Notes: generated by a model not told the origin, from the letters alone. Shown: positions 1 through 13,519, numbered from the stretch's first letter. The stretch: 64,000 nt of DNA from Eledone cirrhosa (GCA_964016885.1 OZ024757.1:35526001-35590000); one strand, 5' to 3'. Translations and numbers: made by a program.

Positions 1-97
1 GCTGTCTAGGTAGTCAGTGTCATAGGTAAGTCTAAGTAGGAGGCCCAGTTCGTCTGTGTCGATATATATATATATATACATATATATATAGATATAG

Positions 98-196
<99 letters not shown>

Positions 197-349
197 GGTG
201 CTGAGTATTTTTCTTCACTTTTCGTCTGTGGTCTCTTGTCTTTGGGTTTGTTCCTATTTTGCATATTCACTTTATCTGAATTGATGGACTGTTTTTGTTC
301 GAGTGTGTTGTGGTTGACATGATCACCACCTTTGGGGGAGCGCATACTC

Positions 350-516
350 GATTAAATCAGCACCAGTAAATAACTGGTACTTTATTTTATCGACCCCAGA
401 AATATGAAAAGCAACGCTAACCTCGGTGGGATTTGAACTCACAATGTAAAGAACCAGAACAAATGCCACAATGGCATTTTATCCGACGCTCCATAAATTC
501 TGCCAATCCACCACCT
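350..516 (-). mobile_element. tRNA-headed SINE (cephalopod-type), head-to-head with next copy
   Basis: Reverse complement of the family seen throughout the window: ctggtactttattttatcgacccc...ggatttgaactc...ctgccaatccaccacc; B-box GAGTTCAAATCC on the minus strand. Confidence 0.85.
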
Positions 517-523
517 TTTATAG

Positions 524-742
524 AGTGGTTGATTGGCAGTATCGGTAGGGCGTCGGATACCATACATCGCAGCACAGAGTTACGTCATTTTACGTTCTGA
601 GTTCAAATCCCACCGAAGTAAACTTTGCCTCTCTTCTTTACGGGATCTATAAATAAAACACCAGTAATGCACTGGGGTCGATTTAATTGAATCCCCTCCG
701 CTGCAATTGATGACCTTGTGCATAATGTAGAAACAATTATTT
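524..742 (+). mobile_element. tRNA-headed SINE, near full length
   Basis: A-box-like TGGCAGTATCGG, B-box GAGTTCAAATCCC, central domain tacgggatctataaataaaacaccagta, tail gtagaaacaattatt shared with the other copies. Confidence 0.85.
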
Positions 743-919
743 ATGAGATTTTGAAAATTGTTCAGTTCATCAAAGAAATTTCCCCACGCAAAATAAAGCA
801 GTCGTCGCGGCATGTTTTTCAGTTTTCTTTTATATGACAGCTTAAAGAGCCGGAACAAATACTGCAATGGCATCTGTCCGACGCTCTAACGACGGTTAAT
901 CATAGGCCCTATCCGTACA

Positions 920-1106
920 TACCATATTCTTCCGTGTATTGCGTGCATTCGTGTATAACGGGCACCCATTTTTGACCAGAAAAATGTCTTTGAAAGCCAA
1001 GTTTTTGTGTATAAACATTTAGTTAGGGAGCATACCACGCACTTCCAAAACAAACAAGGAAAAAGTAAAAATCACAACTGCGCGGTATACATGAAAGAAT
1101 ACGATA
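920..1106. mobile_element. Tc1/mariner-pogo-type MITE remnant
   Basis: Imperfect TIRs taccatattcttccgtgtattgcgtgca / tgcgcggtatacatgaaagaatacgata with TA at both ends. Confidence 0.55.
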
Positions 1107-1149
1107 TTCAAAGGGTAAGAAAGAAAAATCGGGCGCCAGCTTCAGCTCT

Positions 1150-2040
1150 TGGTCATCAAAAGAAATAGGGTAGGTGTAAAAACCAAACTCGCTAGCTTCC
1201 ATTCAGCGTTCGTACCTACTCTTACCTATGGTCATCAAAAGAAGAGAGGTTGGTGAAAAAAACACACACTATCTTTAATTCTGTGTTCGTACCTATTCTT
1301 ACCCATGTTCATGGATCTTGTGTAATGACCGAAAAAATACGATCGTGAATGCAAGCGGTGCAAATGGAGTTCCTCCGAGGGGTCTTTGGAGTAATGTTAC
1401 TCAATAGTACGTAGCTCGGAGATCAGATAGTCACTCCAGGTTGAGCCGCTACTTCTTCGAATTGAGAGATCACAACTCAGAATGTCTCAGGAAAGAATCG
1501 CTGGACAGATTTTATGGGCAAATCCAACCCGCAGGAGACCCAGGGATAGACCCCCAAGCAAGAGTACGTAGCTCTGAGATCAGAAAATTGCTCAGAATTG
1601 AGAGATCACAGCTTCGATATTACGGAAATGGAGTTAGAATGTCTCAGGAAAGAATTGGAATGGGGTTCCTCAGAAGGGTCTTTGGAGTAACGTTTATTCG
1701 AGATAGTGCGTAGCTCGGATCTCGTAGAATTGACCTAGGTAGAGCCACTACTTCTCCGAATTGAGATATCACGTGTCCGATACTACCGACATGTAGTCAG
1801 AATATCTCAGGAAAGAATTGCTGGACAGATTTTACGAGCAAAACCAACCAGTAGGAGGCCCAGGGCTAGACCATGATCAAGATGGTTGAATAACTCTCAG
1901 GAGCTCAGTTTGTCTCGTTTGGGGATCTAGCTGGGATCTAGCCGGATCAACTGGAGACAGTTCCTTGTAACAGAACCCACTGGAAGTCGAGTCTGAAGAT
2001 TCCGCCCAGAGACAACCCACCTAGGCGAAGAAGACGAAGA
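1150..2040 (+). mobile_element. RTE-clade LINE 3' fragment, decayed, with internal tandem duplications
   Basis: Pieces translate to VRSSEIRK-LLRIERSQLRYYG-VRMSQERI and MGFLRRVFGVT, the RTE RT C-terminal region; segments recur 2-3 times; ends gaagaagacgaag; homologous to 53022-53530. Confidence 0.75.
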
Positions 2041-2369
2041 AATAAAAATTGTAAATGTTCCATTTGGTTGGAACCACTTAGCAAGATGTGATGGTGGTGG
2101 TGGTGGTGGTGGTGGTGGTGGGGTGTTTGGGTGTGTTTTAAATGTTTTGAATCAAAAGATGACAGAATCAAATACTTGTCATCTTCAATGAAACTGACTG
2201 AAAAACTTGGGGTGGGGGCATCTGTGTGATGGGAGGATGATGGGAGATGGTGGGAGATGAGGTAAATGATGAGGTAAAAGATGAGGGGTGATGTCTTCTT
2301 CCCCCTCTACACCCTCCCACACGCCGCTTCTGATTCTTTAAAAACGTTTGGTGGCTTATGTTGTAGCTG

Positions 2370-2439
<70 letters not shown>

Positions 2440-2519
2440 TTCGTTTTTGAATTTGTTTTGCAAGATTTCTTATCTGAAAACGTGTGTTGAAACAGACATT
2501 GTTATATATTGTTATACAT

Positions 2520-3335
2520 GGATTTCGCCGGTCTGCCGCGGCTCTCGGACGGGGAGGCGAAGTCCTGCGAAGGGCCGATTTCAGCCGCTGAAATAGGGGA
2601 CACACTGAGCCAATGCGGCAAACGCAAATCTCCGGGTCTTGATGGTCTACCATACGAACTTTACGTAGCTATGCCGGACTTGTTCTCCGATCTCCTCGAG
2701 GCGGTCTACTCCAACTGGCAACAGAACGGGAGAATTCCCAGTTCTGTGACCAAGGGTGTAGTCTCGCTAGTGAGGAAGGACGAGAACAAGGGGGACCACA
2801 TAGGTAACTTCAGGCCCATAACTTTGCTAAATGCAGAGTTAAAGATTTTGGCCAAGGTGTTAGCGAAGAGGTTGGCGCTTGTCGGGAACCAGGTGGGAGA
2901 AGCGCAGACATGCGCAATCCCGTCCAGGTCCATACATGACAACCTCCACCTCATGCGATACATCGTAGAGAGGGTAGGGAGTGAACCCGGCTCCGGTGGG
3001 GCCCTGATCTACTTGGATCAATCTAAGGCGTGCCGTGTCCAGCGAAAACGCTAACCAAAATGCGAGCGCGCGCTCTTGCAGTTCCTCTGGAAGAAGCGGG
3101 CCCCTTTGGTGAGAAGATCCATCTGCTGTCAACACCCTTCTAACGGAGGGCTGGGGATGCCGTGGCTGACGATGCGTAAACACGCACTAAGGCTACGGCA
3201 CCTCCAGGTATTCCTCACCGGTCAACCGGCGTGGGCCCCGTTTGTGAGGCGAGCCTTTCCACGACTCGTCTCGCTCACCGAGCTGCAATCCTGGGTTAAG
3301 CAAAAACCGAGAAAAGTGGGCACCTGGCACATTGA
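2520..3335 (+). pseudogene. L1/Tx1 LINE ORF2 fragment with the RT core deleted
   Basis: KSPGLDGLPYELY...NFRPITLLNAELKILAKVLAKRL...LDQSKA joined directly to the post-RT segment [27 protein letters not shown]; clearly homologous to 22430-22650. Confidence 0.9.
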
Positions 3336-3342
3336 ATATATG

Positions 3343-3472
<130 letters not shown>

Positions 3473-3474
3473 TG

Positions 3475-3549
<75 letters not shown>

Positions 3550-3550
3550 G

Positions 3551-3581
<31 letters not shown>

Positions 3582-3619
3582 ATATATATATAAATAAATA
3601 TATATATATATATATATAA

Positions 3620-3704
<85 letters not shown>

Positions 3705-3809
3705 AATAAATATATATATATATATATATAAATAAATATATATATATATATATATAAATAAATATATATATATATAAATATATATATATATAAATATATA
3801 TATATAAAT

Positions 3810-3840
<31 letters not shown>

Positions 3841-3841
3841 A

Positions 3842-3897
<56 letters not shown>

Positions 3898-4329
3898 GGA
3901 AAAAATGAAACGAAATTTCATTTCTCACTCTTCGTACGGCTGTTACTTAAATATAAGTATGTATACGTACATACATATATGTATACAGACATACAGTAGT
4001 ATGTATATATATATACATACATGCACACATATATATATATGTACGTATGAATTTACCGAATATTTATTATAATGCTCGGTGTGTTTGTAAACAAACATCC
4101 CGAATTAAGCCGTACAGTGTTTAGCAACCATCATTTATATATACATACACATCCATCTATCCATATGTATACATACATATATATACATATATATATACAT
4201 ATATATATATTTATATATATATATATATACGCACACATATATAAACCCCTACTCAATACAAAAGCCCAGCATCGAGAGAACATAATAGTTGGAAAAGATG
4301 AGTTTTTAAGGTCCTGCTGTTGTTATTCC

Positions 4330-4842
4330 CACCACCTTCACCACCACCTTCACCACCACCACCTTCACCACCACCACCACCTTCACTACCACCACCACCT
4401 TCACCACCTTCACCACCACCTTCACCACCACCACCACCTTCACCACCACCTTCACCACCACCACCTTCACCACCACCACCTTCACCACCACCACCACTAC
4501 ATTCACCACCACCACCACCTTCACCACCACCACCACCACCACCACCTTCACCACCACCACCACATTCACCACCACCACCACCACGACCACCTTCACCACC
4601 ATCACCACCTTCACCACCACCACCACTACATTCACCACATTCACCACCACCACCACCACCACCTTCACCACCACCACCTTCACCACCACCACTACCTTCA
4701 CCACCACCACCACATTCACCACCACCACCACCACCACCACCACCTTCACCACCACCACCTTCACCACCACCACTACCTTCACCACCACCACCACATTCAC
4801 CACCACGACCACCTTCACCACCACCACCACCACCATCTTCAC
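4330..4842. repeat. Imperfect (CAC)n/CTT trinucleotide repeat
   Basis: Direct reading; source of the poly-His/Pro/Val pseudo-ORFs. Confidence 0.95.
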
Positions 4843-5796
4843 CGCTTTATTTCTTCTCATTGCCAAGTAGTTCCAGGTGATAAAAGCGGGGTGTGGGATG
4901 GAATGATCAGTAGGGGGTAGTAAATATGGCGGTGGGGGTGGAGTGATAGAGGAGGGATGCACGTTGGGGGTAGATTATGGGGGTTGGTGGTGGTGAGGAA
5001 ATACATGAGGGGTTGAGGGAAGAAACGTGGGAAGGTTGTGGTAATGTTGTTATTAGTGGCGATGGCGGTGGTGTATGTGGTGTAATTATTGTTGTTGGTG
5101 GTGGTGTGATTGTTGTTGGTGGTGTGTTTGTTGGTGGTGGTGTTGTGTTTGTTGTTGTTGGCGGTGGTGGTGTGTTTTGTTGGCGGTGGTGGTGTGTTTG
5201 TTGTTGGTGGTGTTGTGTTTGTTGTTGTTGGCGGTGGTGGTATGTTTTGTTGGCGGTGGTGGTATGTTTTGTTGGCGGTGGTGGTGTGTTTTGTTGGCGG
5301 TGGTGGTGTATTTTGTTGTTCGTGGCGATGGTGGTGGTGTGTTTTGTTGGCGGTGGTGGTGTGTTTTGTTGGCGGCGGTGGTGGTGTGATTTGTTGGCGG
5401 TGGTGGTGGTGTGTTTTGTTGGCGGTAGAAGTGTGATTGTTATTGTTGGTGGTGGTGGTGGCGGTTGTAATATGTTGGTGGTGGTGGTGTGATTGTTGGT
5501 GGTGGTGCGTTTTGTTGGCCGTGGCGGCGGTGGTTATGTGTGACGGTGGTGGTGTGATTGTTGAAGGTCAGGTACATGTAGTGATGGCGTTGTTGTTGTT
5601 CTTGGTTGGTATTTCCAGCTTGTCGAGATACCATTTAGAAGGCCTTCTCGTTTGCTCAGTAGCTTCGTAGTATTGGTAGTGGTACTCGTGGGTGTGTGTG
5701 TGTGGGGGGGGGGGGGTGCAGACGGTGGATAGATTGACAGATACATAGCTAGAAAGATAGATAGACAGTCAGATAGACAGTCAGATAGATAGATGT

Positions 5797-6115
5797 GTTT
5801 CTTTATTAGCCACAGGGGCACAAAAGAAGGGGACAAATACAAATGGGGAAGTTTACATACAATAAAAACGTGTAAAATACTATCACAAATGCAATTGAAA
5901 AGTTAATCGGTGTTCCCTAATAGGGGGAGACATTTCATATGGGTAACACATACCTCCGAAAAAATGTGCAACCCTCATCTCCAGGAGTACGAAGAGTTTG
6001 TACCCCTTTCCTCTCCTCCTTCTTTTCCTAAACCTACAGGCTGATATAGAGAGAAAGCCCATTCACTCGGGCCATTCTCGCCACTTTCACCCACCTTTCA
6101 TAAAACTTGCTGGGG
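5797..6115 (-). mobile_element. Tx1-type LINE 3' end (ORF2 C-terminus + 3'UTR), 5'-truncated
   Basis: Minus strand encodes PSKFYERWVKVARMARVNGLSLYISL*; 3'UTR ends ttgtcccc...gtggctaataaagaaac like 22875-22912; flanked by GATA repeats. Confidence 0.75.
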
Positions 6116-6116
6116 T

Positions 6117-6174
<58 letters not shown>

Positions 6175-6175
<1 letters not shown>

Positions 6176-6578
6176 TTCTTTATTTGCCACAAGGGCGCAC
6201 AAGAAAAGGGGACAATACAAAGACACATGCCGGGGATTTTACATACAGTTGTGTAAAAATATTGAAACAAACAATTATAACAGTCGAAATCCCCAATAGG
6301 GGGAGGCGCCACAAATGGGTTGTTTAATACCCCGTTGATAGAACAACCCTCAACTTCAGGAGCGCGTTGTGTAAGTGCTCCCTTCTTCCTTTTGCTCTCT
6401 TCTTCAACCTACAGGTTTATATACAGAGAAGGCCCAATCACTCAGGCCATTTTTGCCACATTCACCCACCTTTCAGTAAATTTACTGGGATGCAGTGCCT
6501 CTCTCTCCACTCTGATTCTCCCTCTAAAGTGGTACCTAAAGAAGGGGATGGGTTGTTGTCCGGAGAGAAAGGGATACA
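6175..6578 (-). mobile_element. Second Tx1-type LINE 3' end, tandem to the previous copy
   Basis: Minus strand encodes FFRYHFRGRIRVEREALHPSKFTERWVNVAKMA*VIGPSLYINL*; same 3'UTR terminus, running into (TATC)n. Confidence 0.75.
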
Positions 6579-6773
6579 TTGATAGATAAATTGACAGGTA
6601 GACAGATATGAAATAGTCCTCCGTCAGTTCCGACGGTGAGTGTTCAAGAAACGAAATCTTTTATCACCGCGAATCGGGGAAACTGATCCTTAGCTGACCG
6701 GAACTGATTTACTTCCCCCTACCGGAAATCACGTTAAACACTAATTTGGGAAGTAAAAATACAGATTTAAAAA

Positions 6774-6828
<55 letters not shown>

Positions 6829-6833
6829 TATAG

Positions 6834-6932
<99 letters not shown>

Positions 6933-6961
6933 CATATATATATACATATATATATATATAC

Positions 6962-7112
<151 letters not shown>

Positions 7113-7184
7113 TATATATATGCATATATATATATATTTATATATATATATGCATATATATATATATATATATGCATATATATA

Positions 7185-7230
<46 letters not shown>

Positions 7231-7988
7231 TATATATATATATACTTTAATGTGTGTGTTTATTTGTGTATATATTCTTTTAGCAGTATAAACTTGTTTT
7301 GACTTTTTAAGTGTGAAATAAAATCAACAAACTTTATAGAGTGATGACAGTGTTGGACAGTTTATAGAGGTGGGAGCTGTGGGAGGGGAGGGGAGGGGAG
7401 TTCCTGCTAAATTCTTAAAATGGTGGAAGAAGGAAGTTCGGGGACAAAAAAAAAAGTGACCGGTGGGATCTCATTGTATCTTTTTCACTCGACTCTGTCA
7501 AATCCTAACTATTTCCCTATCGCCTCCCCCCTTGTATTCTCAGACCTATCTATCTTTCCTCTCCACCTCCCCTCTCTCAGACCTATCTACCCCCCCCCCC
7601 TCCCCTCTCCTCTCCCAGACCTATCTATTCCCCACTCCACCCCTTCCTCTTACTCCTCCAACATTTGTACGAATTTTTCTATTTACATTATTTGAAATTC
7701 GAGATAGAAATTCCTTTTGTTGTTGTTATTGTTGTGGTTGTTGTTGTGGTTGTTGTTGTTGGTGGTGGTGATTTTTGTGGTGAGGTAGGGATGATTATGG
7801 TGTGTAGTTTCATTGGTGATGGCGGTGGTGGTGTTAAGGTCGGCGGAGAGCACACTTGCACGAATGTTTACTCTACATCAATGTTACAGTTCAAATATTT
7901 GCTGAGGTATGTATGTATAATTATATATAATAGAAAAAAATGTTTTTAATTAAACATACGGTATATTGCCAAATATACGATACATACA

Positions 7989-8040
<52 letters not shown>

Positions 8041-8042
<2 letters not shown>

Positions 8043-8231
8043 AACGAGTAGGACCCCGACGGCTGAGCTCAAGCCGTTTCGACGGCTAATTCAGTCCAGA
8101 ATTAGCCGTCGAAACGGCTTGAGCTCAGCCGTCGGGGTCCTACTCGTTCCTATTACCCACTCTACTACCCTAAGTATTGAGTACTTTGGTGCGTTATGGT
8201 CCACTTGGTTCCTTACCATATTTCCTTCGTT
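8041..8231. mobile_element. Family B hairpin+tail element (representative of about 11 copies)
   Basis: Near-perfect ~50-bp inverted arms (ggaacgagtaggaccccgacggctgagctcaagccgtttcgacggctaatt) plus ~80-nt tail. Other copies ~13174, 16842, 38968, 46690, 51352, 55542, 55750, 56357, 57968, 60011. Confidence 0.85.
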
Positions 8232-8347
8232 CTTGAGCAAAACACTTTATTTCACGTTACGACATCACCGGTGTCGAGCTGTATCAGACATTACCTTTGC
8301 TTTGGACAACATCGGTGGCGTGGAGAGGGGAGACTGGTATGTATGGG

Positions 8348-8412
8348 TGACTGCTAGTCTGCCACAAACAACCTTGCCCGGACTTGTGCCTCAGAGGGGA
8401 ACTTCTGTGCAA

Positions 8413-8453
<41 letters not shown>

Positions 8454-8549
8454 CGGATAAAGACCCCCTTCGGTCACTAATGCCCATGGGATTTGCACAG
8501 AAAGTTCCCCTCTGAGGCACAAGTCCGGGCAAGGTTGTTTGTGGAAGAC

Positions 8550-8554
<5 letters not shown>
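8348..8554. repeat. Two converging copies of one dispersed repeat around a (TA)n tract
   Basis: ccacaaacaaccttgcccggacttgtgcctcagaggg...gcaaatc (8368-8415) is inverted at 8490-8554. Confidence 0.75.
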
Positions 8555-8604
<50 letters not shown>

Positions 8605-8744
8605 TGAAAAGATACCAAGGACGATTGGTTACTCCTTCATTACATTTATTGGTTGGTGACGCGCGTTTCGCAACTGATCAGCTCAAGGTTCGATCTGTAT
8701 CGATCTTACCCGACTCTGTAATCTGCAGCTCGACGGACCCATTG

Positions 8745-8805
<61 letters not shown>

Positions 8806-9530
8806 GAACAATGAAAAAAAAGAAACAAAAGTCTTAATTAGTTCATTGTTTTACGATTGATTCACAGGGCTGATTGATAATGGTAGATCGATGTATTGAC
8901 TAAGAGGTAGGGGTTATGTCACTATCTATTTCTAGTCACGTAATCCCTGATCCATCACACCGGCTTCCTCCGTTTATATACATGAGTGTGTGTATGTGTG
9001 TGAGTGTGTTTGATGTGTGAGTATGTGTGAGTGTGTGTGAGTGTGGTGTGAGTGTGTCTGTGTGTGGTGTTGGTGTGTGAGTGTGTGTGATGTGTGAGTG
9101 TGGTGTTGGTGTATGTGTGTGTGTGTGTGATGTGTGAGTGTGGTGTGTGTGAGTGTGTGTGTGGTGTGAGTGTGTGATGTGTTGGTGTGTGTGTGGTGTG
9201 AGTGTGATGTGTGAGTGTGTGTGGTGTGTGAGTGAGTGAGTGTGAGTGTGTGGTGTGAGTGTGGTATGTGTGAGTGTGGTGTTGTGTGTGTGTGTGTGTG
9301 AGTGTGATGTGTTGGTGTGTGTGTGGTGTGAGTGTGTGATGTGTGTGTGGTGTGTGAGTGAGTGAGTGTGAGTGTGTGGTGTGAGTGTGGTATGTGTGAG
9401 TGTGGTGTTGTGTGTGTGTGTGTGTGAGTGTGGTGTGAGTGTGTGATGTGTGTGTGTGTGTGTCTGTGTGGTGTGGGGGTGTTGCTAAGGTATCAATCTA
9501 TGTGAAACATGACTTCGGCTAATTAAAAAG

Positions 9531-9589
9531 ATGGCGGACAAACAAATAGATTTGCTAAAATGGGTCCGGTGTCAGCTCAGTGTGTGGCG
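9531..9589 (+). CDS. Candidate first coding exon of a host gene (MADKQIDLLKWVRCQLSVW)
   Basis: ATG in AAGATGGCGG (Kozak/YY1-like) context; donor CG|GTGAGG at 9590 (phase 2). Confidence 0.35.
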
Positions 9590-10650
9590 GTGAGGGGGGT
9601 AGAACGGGTTAGTCCATGTCAGCTCAGTGTGTGTGGCGGTGAGAGGGTAGAACGGGTTAGTCCATGTCAGCTCAGTGTGTGGCGGTGAGGGGGTAGAACG
9701 GGTTAGTCCATGTCAGCTCAGTGTGTGTGGCGGTGAGAGGGTAGAACGGGTTAGTCCATGTCAGCTCAGTGTGTGGCGGTGAGGGGGTAGAACGGGTTAG
9801 TCCATGTCAGCTCAGTGTGTGGCGGTGAGGGGGTAGAACGGGTTAGTCCATGTCAGCTCAGTGTGTGGCGGTGAGAGGGGTAGAACGGGTTAGTCCATGT
9901 CAGCTCAGTGTGTGGCAGTGAGAGGGTAGAACGGGTTAGTCCATGTCAGCTCAGTGTGTGGCGGTGAGAGGGGTAGAACGGGTTAGTCCATGTCAGCTCA
10001 GTGTGTGGCGGTGAGAGGGGTAGAACGGGTTAGTCCATGTCAGCTCAGTGTGTGTGGCGGTGAGGGGGTAGAACGGGTTAGTCCATGTCAGCTCAGTGTG
10101 TGGCGGTGAGAAGGTAGAACGGGTTAGTCCATGTCAGCTCAGTGTGTGGCGGTGAGAGGGGTAGAACGGGTTAGTCCATGTCAGCTCAGTGTGTGGCGGT
10201 GAGAAGGTAGAACGGGTTAGTCCATGTCAGCTCAGTGTGTGGCGGTGAGGGGGTAGAACGGGTTAGTCCATGTCAGCTCAGTGTGTGGCGGTGAGAGGGT
10301 AGAACGGGTTAGTCCATGTCAGCTCAGTGTGTGGCGGTGAGGGGGTAGAACGGGTTAGTCCATGTCAGCTCAGTGTGTGTGGCGGTGAGGGGGTAGAACG
10401 GGTTAGTCCATGTCAGCTCAGTGTGTGGCGGTGAGAGGGTAGAACGGGTTAGTCCATGTCAGCTCAGTGTGTGGCGGTGAGAGGGTAGAACGGGTTAGTC
10501 CATGTCAGCTCAGTGTGTGGCGGTGAGAGGGTAGAACGGGTTAGTCCATGTCAGCTCAGTGTGTGGCAGTGAGAGGGTAGAACGGGTTAGTCCATGTCAG
10601 CTCAGTATGTGGCGGTGAGGGGGTAGAACGGGTTAGTCCATGTCAGTTCA
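9570..10650. repeat. G-rich minisatellite, about 23 x 46-48 bp
   Basis: Unit gtcagctcagtgtgtggcggtgag(g/a)gggtagaacgggttagtccat; varies mainly in (TG)n count and the G/A run. Confidence 0.97.
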
Positions 10651-10704
10651 GTGTTGGGGGCCATGGAATATCAGCTGAACTTGGATCGGTCATTTCCAAC
10701 GGAA
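10647..10704 (+). CDS. Candidate exon 2 (RSVLGAMEYQLNLDRSFPTE)
   Basis: Unique sequence between the minisatellite and a (GTG)n tract; weak acceptor gtcag|, weak donor GAA|GTATCC; phase 2 to 0 fits exons 1 and 3. Confidence 0.3.
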
Positions 10705-11299
10705 GTATCCATTTTCTTTATGGTTGTAGTGTTGTTATTGGTGGTGGTGTTGGCGGTGATTGTGGTGGTGTTAGGGGTGATTGTGGTGGCAGTGGTGATT
10801 GTGGTGATTGTGGTGATGGTTGTGGTGGTGGTGGTGTTGGCGGTGGTAGTAGTGGTGGTGGGGGTTATTGTGGTGGTAGCGGTGTTGGGGGTGATTGTGG
10901 TGGCAGTGGCGATGATGGTAGTGGTGGGTGTGGTGGTGGTGGTGTTGTTGGGGTTGATTGTGGTGGCGGTGGTAGTGATTGTGGTGGTGGTGATGATGGT
11001 GGTGCTGCTCTGATGGTGGTTGTGGTGATGGTGGTGTTGGTGATGTTAGTGGTGTTGGTGATGGTGGTACAGGTGCTGGTGTTGGTGGTGTTGGTAGTGG
11101 TGTTAGTGGTTGGTGATGGTGGTGGCTGTAGTGGTTGAGGTGGTGATAGCGGTGGTGGTGATGGTGGAGGTTGAAATGTTGTTATTTTTGGTGGTGGTGG
11201 TGGTGATGTGGAAGTGACGAACAAGGTGACGGGTGGGGTATTGATGGTGATGAAACACGTGACAGCGTTAATGATGGTATTGGTGATGATAATAAAACA

Positions 11300-11680
11300 C
11301 ATCACCACCACCACCACCACCACAACCACAACAACAGCACCATCAACGCCACCAACACCTCCATCATCACCATTACCAATAACACCAAACACCACCACCA
11401 CCACCACAACAACAACCACAACAACAGCACCATCAACGCCACCAACACCTCCATCATCACCATTACCAATAACACCAAACACCACCACCACCACCACCAC
11501 CACAACAACAACCACAACAACAGCACCATCAACGCCACCAACACCTCCATCATCACCATTACCAATAACACCAAACACCACCACCACCACCACCACAACA
11601 ACCACAACAACAGCACCATCAACGCCACCAACACCTCCATCATCACCATTACCAATAACACCAAACACCACCACCACCAC
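11300..11680. repeat. About 4 x ~90-bp compound (ACC/ACA) tandem repeat
   Basis: acaacagcaccatcaacgccaccaacacctccatcatcaccattaccaataacaccaaac repeated four times. Confidence 0.95.
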
Positions 11681-11746
11681 TACATATTTTAAAATAACTT
11701 TGCATTTTATTGAAATGCTGCAACTATGCATATAACTACAAATAAT

Positions 11747-11937
11747 TGTTTCTACTTTTTGGCACAAGGCCAGCAAATTACCCACTGCATTACTGGTACT
11801 TTATTTTATCGACCCCCGTAAGGATGAAAGGCAAAGTTAACCTCGGCAGGATTTGAACTCAGAATGGAAAGGGCCGTAACTCTATGCGTCAAAGCATAGC
11901 GTCCGACCCTCTACCGATACTGCCAATCCACCGCCCT
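11747..11937 (-). mobile_element. Full-length SINE with 17-bp TSD
   Basis: TSD atataactacaaataat at 11730-11746 and 11938-11954. Confidence 0.92.
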
Positions 11938-12938
11938 ATATAACTACAAATAATAGTTGAATAAATCGAGTAATGTACGCCTGGGGACAGCAATAAAAGA
12001 AAAGGAATTGAAAAAAACATCAAGAGAAACGCTTACGAGAAAGAATCCACGCATCAGCCGGATGCCGGAAGACCGCGTTTAACCATTATACCAATACACA
12101 TATGGTCGCTAGTTACCGTCTTTCACAAGATTTAAGTGTTGAGTTAGGTGTGTAAAAAATATTTACGTTAATTTACGAAGCTTTGGGGAAAAATAAAAAT
12201 TGGAAATATGTTTGCATTTTTGAAAGCCGCCACCATACAGATAACTATAAATAATAGTTGAATATGTTGGGTACGGTAGTACTGGTAACGAAGAAATATA
12301 GACAGAAACATGCATACACGCATACACATATACATACTCATATAAATGCATACACACATACATATACATATACATACTCTCATATACACGCATATGCATA
12401 ATTACATTCATGCATACATACACACACACACTTACATACATAAACTCACACATACATAGACACACACATACATACACACATGCATACACACATACATACA
12501 TAGATACATACATAATTGCTTGATTACATACATACACATATACACAATCATATAAACACATACATACACACACTCATATACATACATATGCATAATTACA
12601 TTCATGCATACATACACACACACATACATACATAAACTCACACATACATAGCCACACACATACATACATACATACATACACACATGCATGCATAAATTCA
12701 CACATACATAGTCACACACATACATAGACACACACATACATAGACACACACATACATACATACATAATTGCTTGATTACATACATACACATGTATAAGTA
12801 TATAACAGACAGGGGGCGTCGGGGGTGAGTGAGTGACAGAGACAGAGAGGGGGTGGAGAGAGAGATTTCTTTAAACAAACATGGTAGCTTCACAAATCAC
12901 CAACGGAGACACATTAAAATAAATATATGGATTTTTAA

Positions 12939-12974
<36 letters not shown>

Positions 12975-13137
12975 ATTTACCCCCCCCCCCCTCCCTCTCT
13001 CTCTCCAGACAAAGAAATAAGTAAATATCCGCCATATTTATTTTAATATGCGTTTTGTTAGTTGATATGTGAAATATAGCACCGTGTTTATAGAAGAATG
13101 GCTATATATATTGAACGGCTCTGTATGTAATTGTGCG

Positions 13138-13168
<31 letters not shown>

Positions 13169-13519
13169 TTATAACCCCGACGGCAGAGCTCAAGCCGTTT
13201 CGACGGCTATATATGTCTACATATATATTTATATATATATATGTATGTAGATATATACATATGTGTGTGTATATATGTATGTAGATATATACATGTGTGT
13301 ATATATATATGTATGTATATATACGTACACGTGTGTGTATATATATATGTGTATATGTATATATATACATATGTGTGTGTATATATATGTATGTATGTAT
13401 ATATATATATGTATGTATGTATATATACATATGAATGTATGTATATATATATATACATATGTGTGTATATATATATATATAATATAAGATCAAAAGATGC
13501 TTAAAAGAGTTCCATGTAC

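Noticed and set aside
524-615. tRNA gene
   Set aside because: A/B boxes belong to the SINE head; no cloverleaf.
4072-4962. Extensin-like SPPPP / poly-His ORFs
   Set aside because: (CAC)n repeat open in several frames on both strands; no non-repetitive domain.
9570-10650. CRISPR-like array
   Set aside because: Units are head-to-tail with no unique spacers; eukaryotic context and no cas genes.
10705-10714. U12-type donor (GTATCCAT)
   Set aside because: Mismatch to GTATCCTT and no TCCTTAAC branch point before the candidate acceptor at 17246.
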